Assembly: GCA_943704425.1 (NCBI GenBank)
Contig: CALSCP010001258.1
Coordinates: 1-63,609 of the forward strand
Source: Ministeria vibrans ATCC 50519
Taxonomy: Eukaryota > Protista > Filasterea
Length of the DNA stretch: 63,609 nt
Direction: 5' to 3'
Shown: piece after piece, positions 41,301 to 60,234 of the stretch
How positions within the stretch are numbered: the stretch's first letter is position 1
How the letters are laid out: each line of letters begins with the position of its first letter
Made by a program: the position numbers and the translations under genes
The notes under the pieces: model-generated
Database searches by the model: none
Seen by the model: only the letters and a program-made list of their open reading frames with translations
What the model was told of the DNA's origin: nothing

Positions 41301-42931
41301 CATCTCCATTCGCTCCAGTGACTCGCGAGTGCGCTGCTCCCGTTCTAATCGCGCTCTCTCCTCTTCCTCCTGCTCTTGTTTCCGTTTCTCCATCGCCTCT
41401 CTTTCAATTCTCTCTTTCTCGTGTGCCAATTTCTCCCGTTCCAATTGCAGTTTCTCCAATTCCAACCTGAGTTTCTCCGCCTCCAATTCTTCACTCTCCC
41501 CTTTTCCTTCTCCTTCTCCCTCTTCAACAAACTCATCATTACTGTAACCATCTCCCCCACTTTCCTCCTCTTCCTCTTCCTCCGGCTCTTCTTCTTCTCC
41601 CCTCTCCTCCTCCTCGTCCTCGTCCTCCCCCTCCCCCTCCCCCTCCTCCTCCTCCTCCTCTTCTTCATCGTGTTCCCGTCCCATTCCGCTCTCGACACTC
41701 GTCGCCACTCTCACCAGCACAAACTGTCCCACAACTGTCCCGGGCGCAGCCAGATGCACATCGTTGAGAGACCGATGGCCTACTCCGTCGACAAACAACT
41801 TCAGACCAAAAGTCGCATCGCAATCGCCGCGCAGAGTAAAGCAGAAGATTTCACCGCGCGGCACATCATTGCGGAACACTGTAACTGCGTTGCGTCGCCG
41901 CGACGACTGGGTCACACGGATGGCTGCGACCGGTGCTGTTGTTGCTGTAGTCTCACTTGTGCCGGCGATGGTCCGTTCGCGGGCCGAGCGGGGCCCCACA
42001 TAGCGCATGTAGATGATGGGACCCGTGAAGCGATGTGTGCGCACGGTTGGGTTGGTGAAGATTAGTGCGGGTGATGATGGTGGTGGTGGTGCGCCGCTCG
42101 TGCGTGTGCTGCCTTGGTGGTGGTGGTAGTAGTGAGGTGTTCGCTGACGAAAAGCGTTTGCACTTGCGGCAGTACGTGTTGTCGTTGCGGTGGTGGTGGT
42201 GGCGGTGGTGACACGTGACGATCTTGGGCGATTGAGGTATGGCGAGTGGTGTTGTTGACGCTGCACAAATCCTGGTTGTGTGGCTGACTGAGGACGCGAG
42301 CGCAAATGATCAAAGGCACTTGACGGACGCGGCGGAGTTGCATCTGTGGCAAACACAATGTGTTGTGTGGTGCCACTGAGTTGTCGTAGTGTACGATGGA
42401 TGGTGTCTGAGCGTCGATTGTCACGCGCTGTCTTCATTGCTCGCACATAGCGCTGTCGTTGCTCAAGCTCAAGCTGACGCTGCACTGCTGCCGAGTTGAG
42501 TCGTTGCTCCTGAATGGCATCCGTCACAATGCGCGCTGCCCATTGTTCCTGTGCGCGACGCATTCGCTCTTCTTTGCGAATCCGATCTTTCAATTCTCGA
42601 TCATCAAGAATTTCACCTCGTGAATTGATCTGGGCGGAAAAGCAGGTTATTATAGCATCCAGTCGACAAGTACGCACAGAAAATCAACATATACCCGTCC
42701 AATATGTCTAAGGTGGTGGAGCTTTTGTTTGCTGGTGTAGTGGCTTGACAGATTGCGATCGACAAGCGCCTCATAATCATCCAGTTGCAGCGGTGTCCTG
42801 CGATTGTATCGCCCCGATCCTGTACGGCATAGGGAGAAGACGTATGCAGTACAGTCAGACACAATGCGCGTTGTGATGGCCGTCCTAAGCGTACCGGGGG
42901 GCTGCACAACCTGTGTGTCGGGAATGAGCAT
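38389..42931 (-). CDS. ERICH3-like protein (N-terminal motif, DUF4590-like domain, Glu-rich coil) fused to two RNI-like LRR blocks
   Basis: LDDYEALVDRNLSSHY...HLRHIG|INSRGEILDDRE; IYMRYVG...IRVTQ...TVFRNDVPRGEIFCF...FGLKLFVDG; E/R/K coil; LRRs such as LTLLNMGANDLGD, LHLRHNRLTNKGA, LDLSRNETI. Start uncertain. Confidence 0.72.
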
Positions 42932-43282
42932 TTCTGACGATATGTCTGCGTTGCCCCTGGCAACTCTACAAAAAACGGCCGTTTTCAGCAGAGAGTGGGC
43001 TGGAATACAAGCAGCATGTGCAAGGGTTCACATTGACAGCCCGTAAATGGAGAGCGTGTACATGTATGTGTAATAGAGAGAGCAAGAATGAACAATGTCA
43101 TTTTCAATACCTCGATCGTGCGGACATGACGACGAGCGACGCTGATTGAGTCGTGACAGAAGATGAATAAGCGTTGATACACGATACGCCAAGTGCTACG
43201 AATCAATGTTGAATGTGTGAAAGAAAATAATTATTAATTTGAATTATCTGATAATACTAATTTATTTTCTTATTATTTATTT

Positions 43283-44716
43283 ATGGTGGATAGCAAAGCA
43301 ATCGTTGTGCGGGGGCTGCTGGCACTGGCTGCTATTACCTTGATGGGAGCCTTGATCGCGTTGAAATTAACGCAGTCGTCGCGTGTGCCGGCACTGACGT
43401 TCCTCCAGCACCACTCAACCGCACTGCCAACGACAGTGCTTAGCCTGCCTCTTGCCAACCCCAGCCCGGTCGACACCAAGCTGCAGGGTGCAGGACCACC
43501 CGCAGCAGCACCGTCGTCTGCTCAAATATCCCCCACAGCCCATTCTGACACTGATGGATCAGCACCATCGGCACCCACGCTGATCATCCCGCCGTCCTCG
43601 CCTCCACCCTCACAAGTGCCTCTACAAACAACACCACACTCTGCAGCGGCATCCCCCAGCCCACACGTGGGCTTTTGCGCGCTGCGCCAGAGCGTCTCGT
43701 ACCCTCATCTGTCGTGGGAGTGGACGCTCTTTCCAGATCGCACTCATGTCCCCTTTACGCCCAAAGGACTCACAAAACTGCGCACGGGCGCCAAGAGCCC
43801 GCGTGAGTACGAGATTGGGTCGACACGGCTCTTGCCTCGATGTGCACGCACCAACACGGCGGGAGGGCGATGGGTTGTTGAGTGTGACAGTGATTGTCAG
43901 CGCAACGAAACGTGTCGTTGGGACGAGGCAGTGTGGCAGCCCACAGGCTGTCGACTGCCACAGCTCCAGCGCGCCTCGGCCAAACAATGCCTTGATAAAA
44001 TGCTACTGCTGCTTCTGGGCGACTCCACCATGCGCGGTCTGGGCAATTACCTTGCGCAGTCCCTTGGTCTGCCCATCACTACCCCGTACTTCCACAGCTG
44101 TTTCTCCTTTAGCAACCAGTTTGTCTACGAGTTCTTCCACGTCACACGCCACCTCCCGCGCAACGTGACCTTTTCCACCCTGTACAATTGTAGCCATGCC
44201 GAGAAGGGCAGAAAAGAGGCAGCAGCGGCGAGTGACAATGTAAACGAGTCGAGTCTGTCGCGTCTCATCGACGCGCATCCATCCATACCCGTGGTGCTTG
44301 TGGTCGGTGGCATCAGCGAGGGCCTTCACGAGATTAACATCAACAACACACATTATCTGCTCCACCACCAGCTGGGCTTGCGTGCGGCTCAGCTTGCGCG
44401 TGTCACTGTCGTCATCAAGTCAACGCAGTTCACCTCTGCAGTGCGCACCCACGCACTCGAAAGGGATCCTACCGCACTGCGCCACGACCTCAACCAAATG
44501 AAGGCCGTTGAAGCGCGCTCGCGGGCCTTTGGATTTCGCTACTTTGATACATGGAACACAACGATGCCCGTGTGGTGGACGGCAACGCCCAACAACGGCA
44601 GTCGCTGGTGGAACTGCCATTGCCACTACCACACCAACGTCGGCGGACGCATCCACGGCTTTGCGATGGAGGCCCTCGTGCGTATGCTTCTCAATACCGT
44701 CTGTGATGACTTGTAG
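43283..44716 (+). CDS. CPED1-like PC-esterase (SGNH) type II membrane protein, single exon
   Basis: N-terminal TM, P/S-rich stalk, GRWVVEC...CRWDEAVWQPTGC, LLGDSTMRG and CHCHYH resemble the CPED1 C-terminal domain. Confidence 0.8.
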   Translation: MVDSKAIVVRGLLALAAITLMGALIALKLTQSSRVPALTFLQHHSTALPTTVLSLPLANPSPVDTKLQGAGPPAAAPSSAQISPTAHSDTDGSAPSAPTLIIPPSSPPPSQVPLQTTPHSAAASPSPHVGFCALRQSVSYPHLSWEWTLFPDRTHVPFTPKGLTKLRTGAKSPREYEIGSTRLLPRCARTNTAGGRWVVECDSDCQRNETCRWDEAVWQPTGCRLPQLQRASAKQCLDKMLLLLLGDSTMRGLGNYLAQSLGLPITTPYFHSCFSFSNQFVYEFFHVTRHLPRNVTFSTLYNCSHAEKGRKEAAAASDNVNESSLSRLIDAHPSIPVVLVVGGISEGLHEININNTHYLLHHQLGLRAAQLARVTVVIKSTQFTSAVRTHALERDPTALRHDLNQMKAVEARSRAFGFRYFDTWNTTMPVWWTATPNNGSRWWNCHCHYHTNVGGRIHGFAMEALVRMLLNTVCDDL

Positions 44717-45117
44717 CGCATTAGAAGCGTCTTTTGTAAACATGAATGTATTGAAAATTTGATAATGTCAGACAGGAGTAATGATCCCTTTGGTTGAATA
44801 AATGAGGAATGAAGTCTACCGCTTGTGTGCTGACTGCTCCTCAGAGATCATTCATGTGAGCGAGACTCAGTAAGTAACCTGCACATACTTTCACTAACAG
44901 ACGATCTACACAGAGACACCCGCTTACAACAGGATGAGACTTTATATATTAGGAATAAATGAAGTCGAAAAGTTGACTCAAAAAGAAGGAGAGAGAGAGA
45001 GAGAAATACTAATGCTCATATAAAAGAATTCTTTGTACGTCTTTCGTTGTTACTAAAATAAAATAATGGTAATTTGTCATTCGTGAGTCAGTCGTCTCCA
45101 GTCAGTCCTTTCTTGCC

Positions 45118-46043
45118 ATGTCCCGCTTTGGGAAGGCGTTCGCTCATCTCTCGACAACGGGCGAACTTGCCGCCGCCGCTGCCGCAGCAGCCTCCACCGC
45201 TGCCCCGCCTACCACGACGGGAAACGACGCAGGCACTGTGCATTTTCCGTCCTCTCTTGCGATTCTCGTCAGCCCGAAACAGCGCGGCAACGAATTGCTG
45301 CGCCATGTCACCAATGTTGCCTTTGAATACAACGACGCGCTGCCAGCAGACTTCCTCGTGGGCCCTTCGGCCGGGGTGCTCTTCCTGAGCGTTCGCTACC
45401 ACCTGCTGCATCCACAGTACATCTTTCAGCGCATCCGTCAAGTCGGCAAAATGGTACAAACGTTGTTTTGCACGTCCAACTGCCCTCTCCTGAGCCTTTC
45501 GCGCCCGTGTAGTTTCACATGAGAATACTCTTGGTGCACGTCGACTCTGAGGTGCCCGAGGGACCCATCCAAGACTTATCTTTGGTATGTTCGACACACT
45601 CACACAAAGTGAACCATACAATTTACGTTCACTTTCGTTTTCCAGATGTGTATCAACTTTGAGTACACTCTGGTGCTGGCGTGGAGCACCGAAGAAGCAG
45701 CACGCTACCTTGAATCCTTCAAAGCATACGAAAAGAAGCCGGCGGATCTTCTGCGCGGCGAAACCAAAGATGACTTCTTCAGTCAGGTGACGGCCTTTCT
45801 CACGACCATCAAGGGTGTCACCAAACCCGATGTGGTCACTCTCCTCACGACTTTTGGGTGCGTCTTGCTCGTGTGTATGTGTGCGCTTCACTGACCTATG
45901 TCCCTTTTTGTGTCGTCTGCAGATCAATTGAAGGCATTTCGAAAGCAACCACTGAAGAACTAAGTATGTGTCACGGGTTTGGCGAAAAGAAGGCAAACCG
46001 GGTCTACGAAGCATTCCATACCTCCTTTCTTGCCCAATCATGA
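45118..46043 (+). CDS. ERCC1: DNA excision repair protein ERCC1
   Basis: [19 protein letters not shown]...[51 protein letters not shown]. Confidence 0.95.
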
Positions 46044-46204
46044 TTCTTCTTCTATAAATAAACAAATTGTATATGATCTACTGGATAAAAAACCGCAACG
46101 TAAACAAAAGACTCACGCACTCACTCACTCTCTTCCAGGCTCTTTTCCCCGAAGTAGACCAAAACACCAAAATCAAAAAATGTGCGTGACTGATAATTGT
46201 TTTA

Positions 46205-50824
<4,620 letters not shown>

Positions 50825-51416
50825 TGACGCAACGGGAAGTTTTCAACAGAGCTGACTCAAGGAAAGAGAATAGAAAAAAATAACTTTTTTTCAAAATAAA
50901 TAATGTAATAATAATAATAATAATAAGAATAATAATTCGCGCTCAGTCTTGCTCTGCAAAGTCGATTAGTCGAAAGCTCAAAGCGCAGACAGACAGCGCA
51001 GTGACTCGAAACGCGCACTTCCGAAGAGAAAACTATATAAACTCATAATTCTCCTCCCCCTTGTAACACTCACAGTGTCTGACAGTGACCCACTTGAGAC
51101 CTCTCACTTCTGACTTCTCACTTCTAGACGATAATGTCCCGAAAAAAGCCCATAGTTATAGATCAGTACAACTAATTAATAATAGGTTGTTTTTTCTTCA
51201 ACTGATTTGTCTTATCTCTGTTCATCCTTACAATAACCCCACCCCCGACTTCCCTGTACACTCTACAGGCCGTACTCTTCCTTAGGCCTTCTCACTCTGG
51301 CGATTTTGTCTTTTGAACACTCTGATCACATCTGATCTGTGGTGGATCTGTGGGAAGAGCAAAACTGATAATTTTAGTATTATTCTTTCTTTCTGTCGCG
51401 AGTGTCGTCGCGCGCC

Positions 51417-54497
<3,081 letters not shown>

Positions 54498-54580
54498 GTA
54501 AGAGAGAGAGGAACAAATAGAGAGAGGAGGGAGGGAGAAAGAATAAATAGAGAGAGGAGGGAGAATAAATAAATAAATAA

Positions 54581-54810
<230 letters not shown>

Positions 54811-54837
54811 TGTCAATAAACTTGTTGCAAAGAACAG

Positions 54838-54860
54838 TAGGGTTAGGGTTAGGGTTAGGG
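54838..54860 (+). repeat. Interstitial (TTAGGG)~4 telomere-like repeat
   Basis: TAGGGTTAGGGTTAGGGTTAGGG. Confidence 0.8.
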
Positions 54861-54892
54861 TCACGCTTGTCATTAGGGTAAGGGGTTCTGAC

Positions 54893-56221
54893 CTGAAGAC
54901 GACAGTGACAAGAGTCTTTGCGACCAAACGCATTGCGCATTGAAAGCAACAGTCCTCCACTGTTCAAAAGTGCAATCTAAACACAAATCAAAAAGGGAAG
55001 GTAAGATTAAATAGTTGTGCACACTGGTATTATAATAATTATTATGCAAACCTGTGACTCATTGGGCTCAGTTGTGACTTCGTTTCCAACGACCTTTGCC
55101 GACACAGTCCATGTGACGCCATTGTCATCACTCGCTATAATCGCACTCCCTATTATATACAAAACACAAGATGAGATCGTTTTGGGTGAGTTGCGTTACG
55201 CGGGCGTGAAATTGTTGATTAGAACAAAAAACTGGAAGATCGATGACCTGGGGCGTTTGCACTGTCAAGCGGCTCAAACCAGCCGGCAACCACCAGACGA
55301 CCGCCGGCCGTCACAACGCCAGTGCCGGGCCCTGGACAGTACTCGCGGATTCCACCGGCGACGGGGACTGAGGTGATATTGACGGGCGCTGACCAGGTTA
55401 CTCCTGCAGAAGAGAATGTTTATCCTATCATGAGCAGTTGTTTGTGTACCGTTGTCGTTGGATGTGATGTAGAAGAGTCCTGTAATGTGGCATTTGTGTG
55501 CACACTCAGTGTAGTGCACAATGATGGTCTTTGTCTTGGGAATGTACGTAGCTGCGCCCAAATTTATTCCGTCGTAGTCTGGATCGCTGAGAGGATCAGA
55601 CACAAGAAAGCGAATGTCTTCCCAGGTTGCACCGCCGTCGGCCGAGCGGCGTTGCGCAAGATGCTTGGGTCCGGCATCGGAGCCAGAGTAGACGCGCGCC
55701 TCGGCGAACGAGATGAGGAGATCCGGCGCACTTGACGAGTCTGCGGGAACTGTCAACAAGAGAGGGATGCGGTACTCGTGCACGCCCGACGTGTTGAACG
55801 GGTACACGACGGTCTTGGTGACGTTGTACTCGCAGCTGGCAATGATGTCAAGAATCTCCGCGTTGTGTGTGCAGTAGGCGCTGCCGGTGGTGTAGTGCGA
55901 GCGGTCTGGGGTGAGACTCGACGGCGAGTAGCAGCGCCACTGTGCCGGACTGCGCTGGGCATCGGTGTCGTCGCGCGCCACGAGGGGCGTGGCATAGCCG
56001 CCTGTGGCCATGGTCTCAAGGCACGCTGGCGGAGAAGGACGAGGGGGCGCGGGAGAACGGTTGAGAGGAACAATTGCGTGTATGGGTTAGTGCCTACAGG
56101 CGATTTCCGGTACGGTCTTGTTGTTGCACCAGGCGTCTGCGAGGGCCTGACAGCGCGCTGGGGGGACATCTGCAGCACTGGAGAGAGCAAGAAATACCGC
56201 AAGGAAGACGATTTGGATCAT
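54893..56221 (-). CDS. GH33 sialidase (NEU1-like) with signal peptide and N-terminal MAR-like module; 3' part missing
   Basis: YRIP motif, SFAEAR, Asp boxes SADGGATW, SNDNGVTW and SDDNGVTW, GPGTG, LLLSMRN. Confidence 0.88.
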
Positions 56222-56291
56222 GGTGGTGAAAATAATTGAGATGAGTCACCTTGAGTGAACTGAGTCTGATTATTTTCGATCTCCACAGGGA

Positions 56292-56527
56292 ATGTCAAGG
56301 CGACGTTTAGATATGCTACTCTGTCATGAACTCATGGTTGCCATCCTCTTATTCCTCTCTGATCCTCACTTCTCAGGTCTGGATCAACATGTATTGCTAA
56401 TTGAGAAAAAAATATCTTCATTTCAATTTTTTTTGTCGGAATGTTCCGAGCTCGAGTACTCGGACCACTTACCAAGACATGCGTCCAGGTGCTGGCTGGG
56501 TGAGAGATGACAGACGAAAACACTCCC

Positions 56528-56564
<37 letters not shown>

Positions 56565-59500
56565 TTTTTATTATTTTCGACCAAGTGAGTGTCACTCATA
56601 CGCTCACACATTGTCTGCTCTCTCCTGCGCCTTTACAGCGGCCTTGGCATGTGCGCCGTGGACTCGATCCATTCTACATACAAAGAGCTTGAAGCTGTAC
56701 ATCCCGCGAAAGGCACGGCGCTTGATTGGCAGAGGGGGAATGATATCATTTTTGGGCGGTTGGGTCGACTGGCGTTGACACGGTTTCCTTCTGTTCTGCA
56801 GCTTCTGTTCGGCTTGCGTGCAGCATCTTTGCAGTATCGTCCTTGTGGAGTGTTCCTATTCCACGTCTTCACGAGCGCGTTGTGGCTGAGGCCTGGAAAA
56901 GGCGCACAGAACGTACCGACCAAAAAATCGCAAAGTTTCACTCTCTCAAACCTCATTTCTCTGCTCAGCCGAAGTGCACGAGGTGCTGCGCCTCTCGCAC
57001 ATTGTGCCTAAGATTGTCGAGGAAGTCAGCGAGGAGCGGCGTAGCGTGCCACAGACGTACTGGCCGTCGTTTCTGCAGTATCGATCGGCCAAGTCGCACT
57101 GTCTTGCACTCGACGGAATTCTCACAGTGCTCCTCAACGAGAGTATGGCGATTTTCTTCTTTTTTTTTTTTTGACAATACTGTTCTCTAGTGAGTTTTAA
57201 CGAAGCTCGGAACCTCACCAAGACAATGTCACTGCGCGGCCTTGTGCGACTCGCGCGCGTCCCCAGCATCGATCCCGCGCGTCTCTCGGTGGGCACTCAC
57301 TTCTCCTCGGGCGCAATTGCACGCGAAGCGCGAGCCCACCGTGCACTACAGTCCATGTTGGGGGCTTGTCAGCACCACGAGACGCGCTGCATGCGCCACT
57401 TTCTAACGGCCGCCGAAATGCTTCTACAACAAGGCACGTCGGAGGAGCGCGACGAGAACTGGAGGTGGAAACACACACACACGCACACCACAAGGACTCA
57501 CATACGCATGCCACAAAGACACACATTGCGCACATACACACTATTACATACACACTCTCACTCACAAAGACACACAAAGACATACACACACATACACCCA
57601 AAAATACACACACGCTCTCTCACTCACTCACTCACTCACTCACTCACTCACTCACTCACTCACTCACACTTTCTCTTTTTTTTATTAATTTTTTTGCTGT
57701 TTGTCTGGTATTTGTTTCTTCTCTCTTCACCTCGTTTATAAGATATGGAGTGGGCATCAATGAGCTGCATCCGACGTTTGAGCGCAACCTGAACACACCG
57801 AGTGCGGAGCTGATTGTGTCGCAGTGTATGGCAGCGCTGAGCGTGCTGACAACGGCACGCGAGAATGGGGAGAAGGTGCTGCGTCGGGATGGACTGCGGA
57901 AGTTGCTGAGTGTATTGCTTGCGAGTGAGGTGGGGGACGTGGAAGCGCGTCGCGAGTGTGCTCATGTGTTGGCAAACCTCACGCGACTGCTGCGTCAAGG
58001 GATGTTCAACCAAAGCGCACTACAACAGCAGAAGGAGAAGAGCGAACAGAGTGTGCGTTTGGAAAAGGGACTGCGCGAGTGGATTGGAGTGCTTGCCATG
58101 TGGATGCGGTACGACACAGATTTGGTGCTGCAGGGCCATGCGCATCGGGCCCTCGAGAACATCCATGCCTGGCTTGAAGGGTCCTCTCTGCGCTACGCTG
58201 ACGGTGTCTTTGTACTTCACTCTCCCGAACACTCCTTCAACAACACTCGCACACTCCCTTCCAGGACTACTTCTACTTCGACTACCGATTTCACTGTGCG
58301 CACCGATCAGTCTCCTTCCGTTGATATTATTTTTGTGCATGGCCTCTTGGGTGGTCCCTTTTTCACTTTCCGTCCTTCTCCTTTGGATCCGCTCGACACT
58401 GATTCAGTTGAAAATGTCAATTGGGCAAAGGTATGAAATGACATAGCACTCTACTTTTGCACTTTCCCTTTATCAATTATTCCACTCTCCTTATTTTATA
58501 CTTTTATACACGTCCACTCTTATCAATCGCACTTTCTTCTCTTCTCTTCAAACGACTCCATTGGCGTTTTTCTCTTTCAGCACTGGTTGGCAGAGGATCG
58601 CAGTGAACATCGCATTCTTACTCTGGGCTATGACACGACTCTCAGTGAATGGCTTAGTGTCTGTCCTGATTTGGCCGATGTCAGAGGCTCAAGATCCATT
58701 GCGACGTAAGACTTGTTTGTTTCTTTCTGTCTCTCTCTATCACTGTTTCTTTCTTCTCTTTTTCTCTTTCTTCTCTTTTTCTCTCTTTTTCTCTCTTTCT
58801 TTCTCTTTCTTTCTCTTTCTCTCTGTGTGTCTATCTTTCCACTGACACAGAGTATGATGATTGTGTCGTATTCACTCATTTAAATATTTCTCTCTCATTC
58901 TGTGTGCCTCACATTCTGAATCTTTCTATGTGTATTTCTGTTGATACAGTCGTGGAAGTGAAATGATGCAGAAGCTATTGGAAGCAAATGTGGGAGAACG
59001 ACCAATTGTGTGGGTCACACACTCACTGGGTGGACTAATTACCAAAAGCATTCTGGTATGTGAGAGAGCGTAGAATATATATTTAGTGTGGGTGTTGAGG
59101 GCATTTTAAGAGGATACTGGGTGTACTTAGAGTGTACAGAATGTGTTCAATAGTGTGCGCATTGTGTGTGTTAGGTGTGTGTGTGTCTTGTGCGTACTGA
59201 GTGTGTTTAGATTAGAGTGTCTACTTTGTATGTGTGTCCTTTGTGTGTCTAACAATTCCTTTGGGGGGGTTGTTTTGATTGCTTTAGTATCAGGCTTTGC
59301 TTTCGGGTGATCCTCGTGCGAAGAAACTTGTTGAGAATACAAAAGGTATCGGGGGGTTTTGTCGTCATCATAATATTATACTCTATTAATTTTGTTTGTG
59401 ATTGATATTAAACTTTGTTTTCTTGAAGGAATTGTATTTTATGCGACTCCGCATTTGGGCTCTGATTTGGCCGCGCTTCTGCCGCGCGTGCGTTATCTGC

Positions 59501-60080
59501 TCTTTCCCTCTGTGGAAGTAGAAGAAGTGTGCAACGTAAGAACGGGACCTAAACCCTAATGACAACTATAATTTGGCAACTTCTCTCTGACTTGCATATT
59601 CGAATCACTTTAGAGCGACCTTCTCACTGAAATCCACTCTGCTCTGACTAACGAAATGAGCCATATTTCTACTCTCTCATTGGCCGAAACTGAGTCGACT
59701 CCTCTTCTCGAGGGTCTTCCATGGAAAAAGATTGTCGTCACCGAACAAAACGCATTTCTCCGTACGAACAGTTCACTCCAACTCACTCGTTTGCAATCCT
59801 TATAACATTCGCTCTCTCACTGACTCTGCCACCCACACTAATTTTTTTTACACATTCTACTTACGCCCTTGGTCACTCTCTAACTCAGTCACTACCACTT
59901 TCTTTCCACATAATGCACTGGCTCGCTCTTTTCCTATCAGATCCCGGTGAGAACATCACAGTGCCTGGCTCAGACCATCTTGACCTGTGCAAACCAGTCG
60001 ATCGCTCTGACATTCGCTACACGTCCGTTCTCTCCTTCATTGATCGTATTGCATTACTTGAAGATGAAGATCAGAACTAA
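56292..60080 (+). CDS. SERAC1: SERAC1 (ARM-like region + PGAP1-like lipase), multi-exon
   Basis: RYADGVFVLH, VDIIFVHGLLGGPFFTFR, NWAK|HWLAED, VGERPIVWVTHSLGGLITK, GIVFYATPHLGS, DHLDLCKP. Start uncertain. Confidence 0.9.
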
Positions 60081-60234
60081 TCACAGTCGGTTGTATACTA
60101 AAATGATATAATTACATAAATTCATCATTATTATTTTAAAAAAATATTAAAAAATCTTTCTTTCTTGTTCATGGGAGAAACTCTCTCTCTCATACACACA
60201 TAAAACCCCACAATCATTCGCTTTTTTTTTTGTC

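Noticed and set aside
44766-44980. Solo LTR (TG...CA with AATAAA)
   Set aside because: No target-site duplication or convincing terminal inverted repeat; only the last ~32 nt recur elsewhere.
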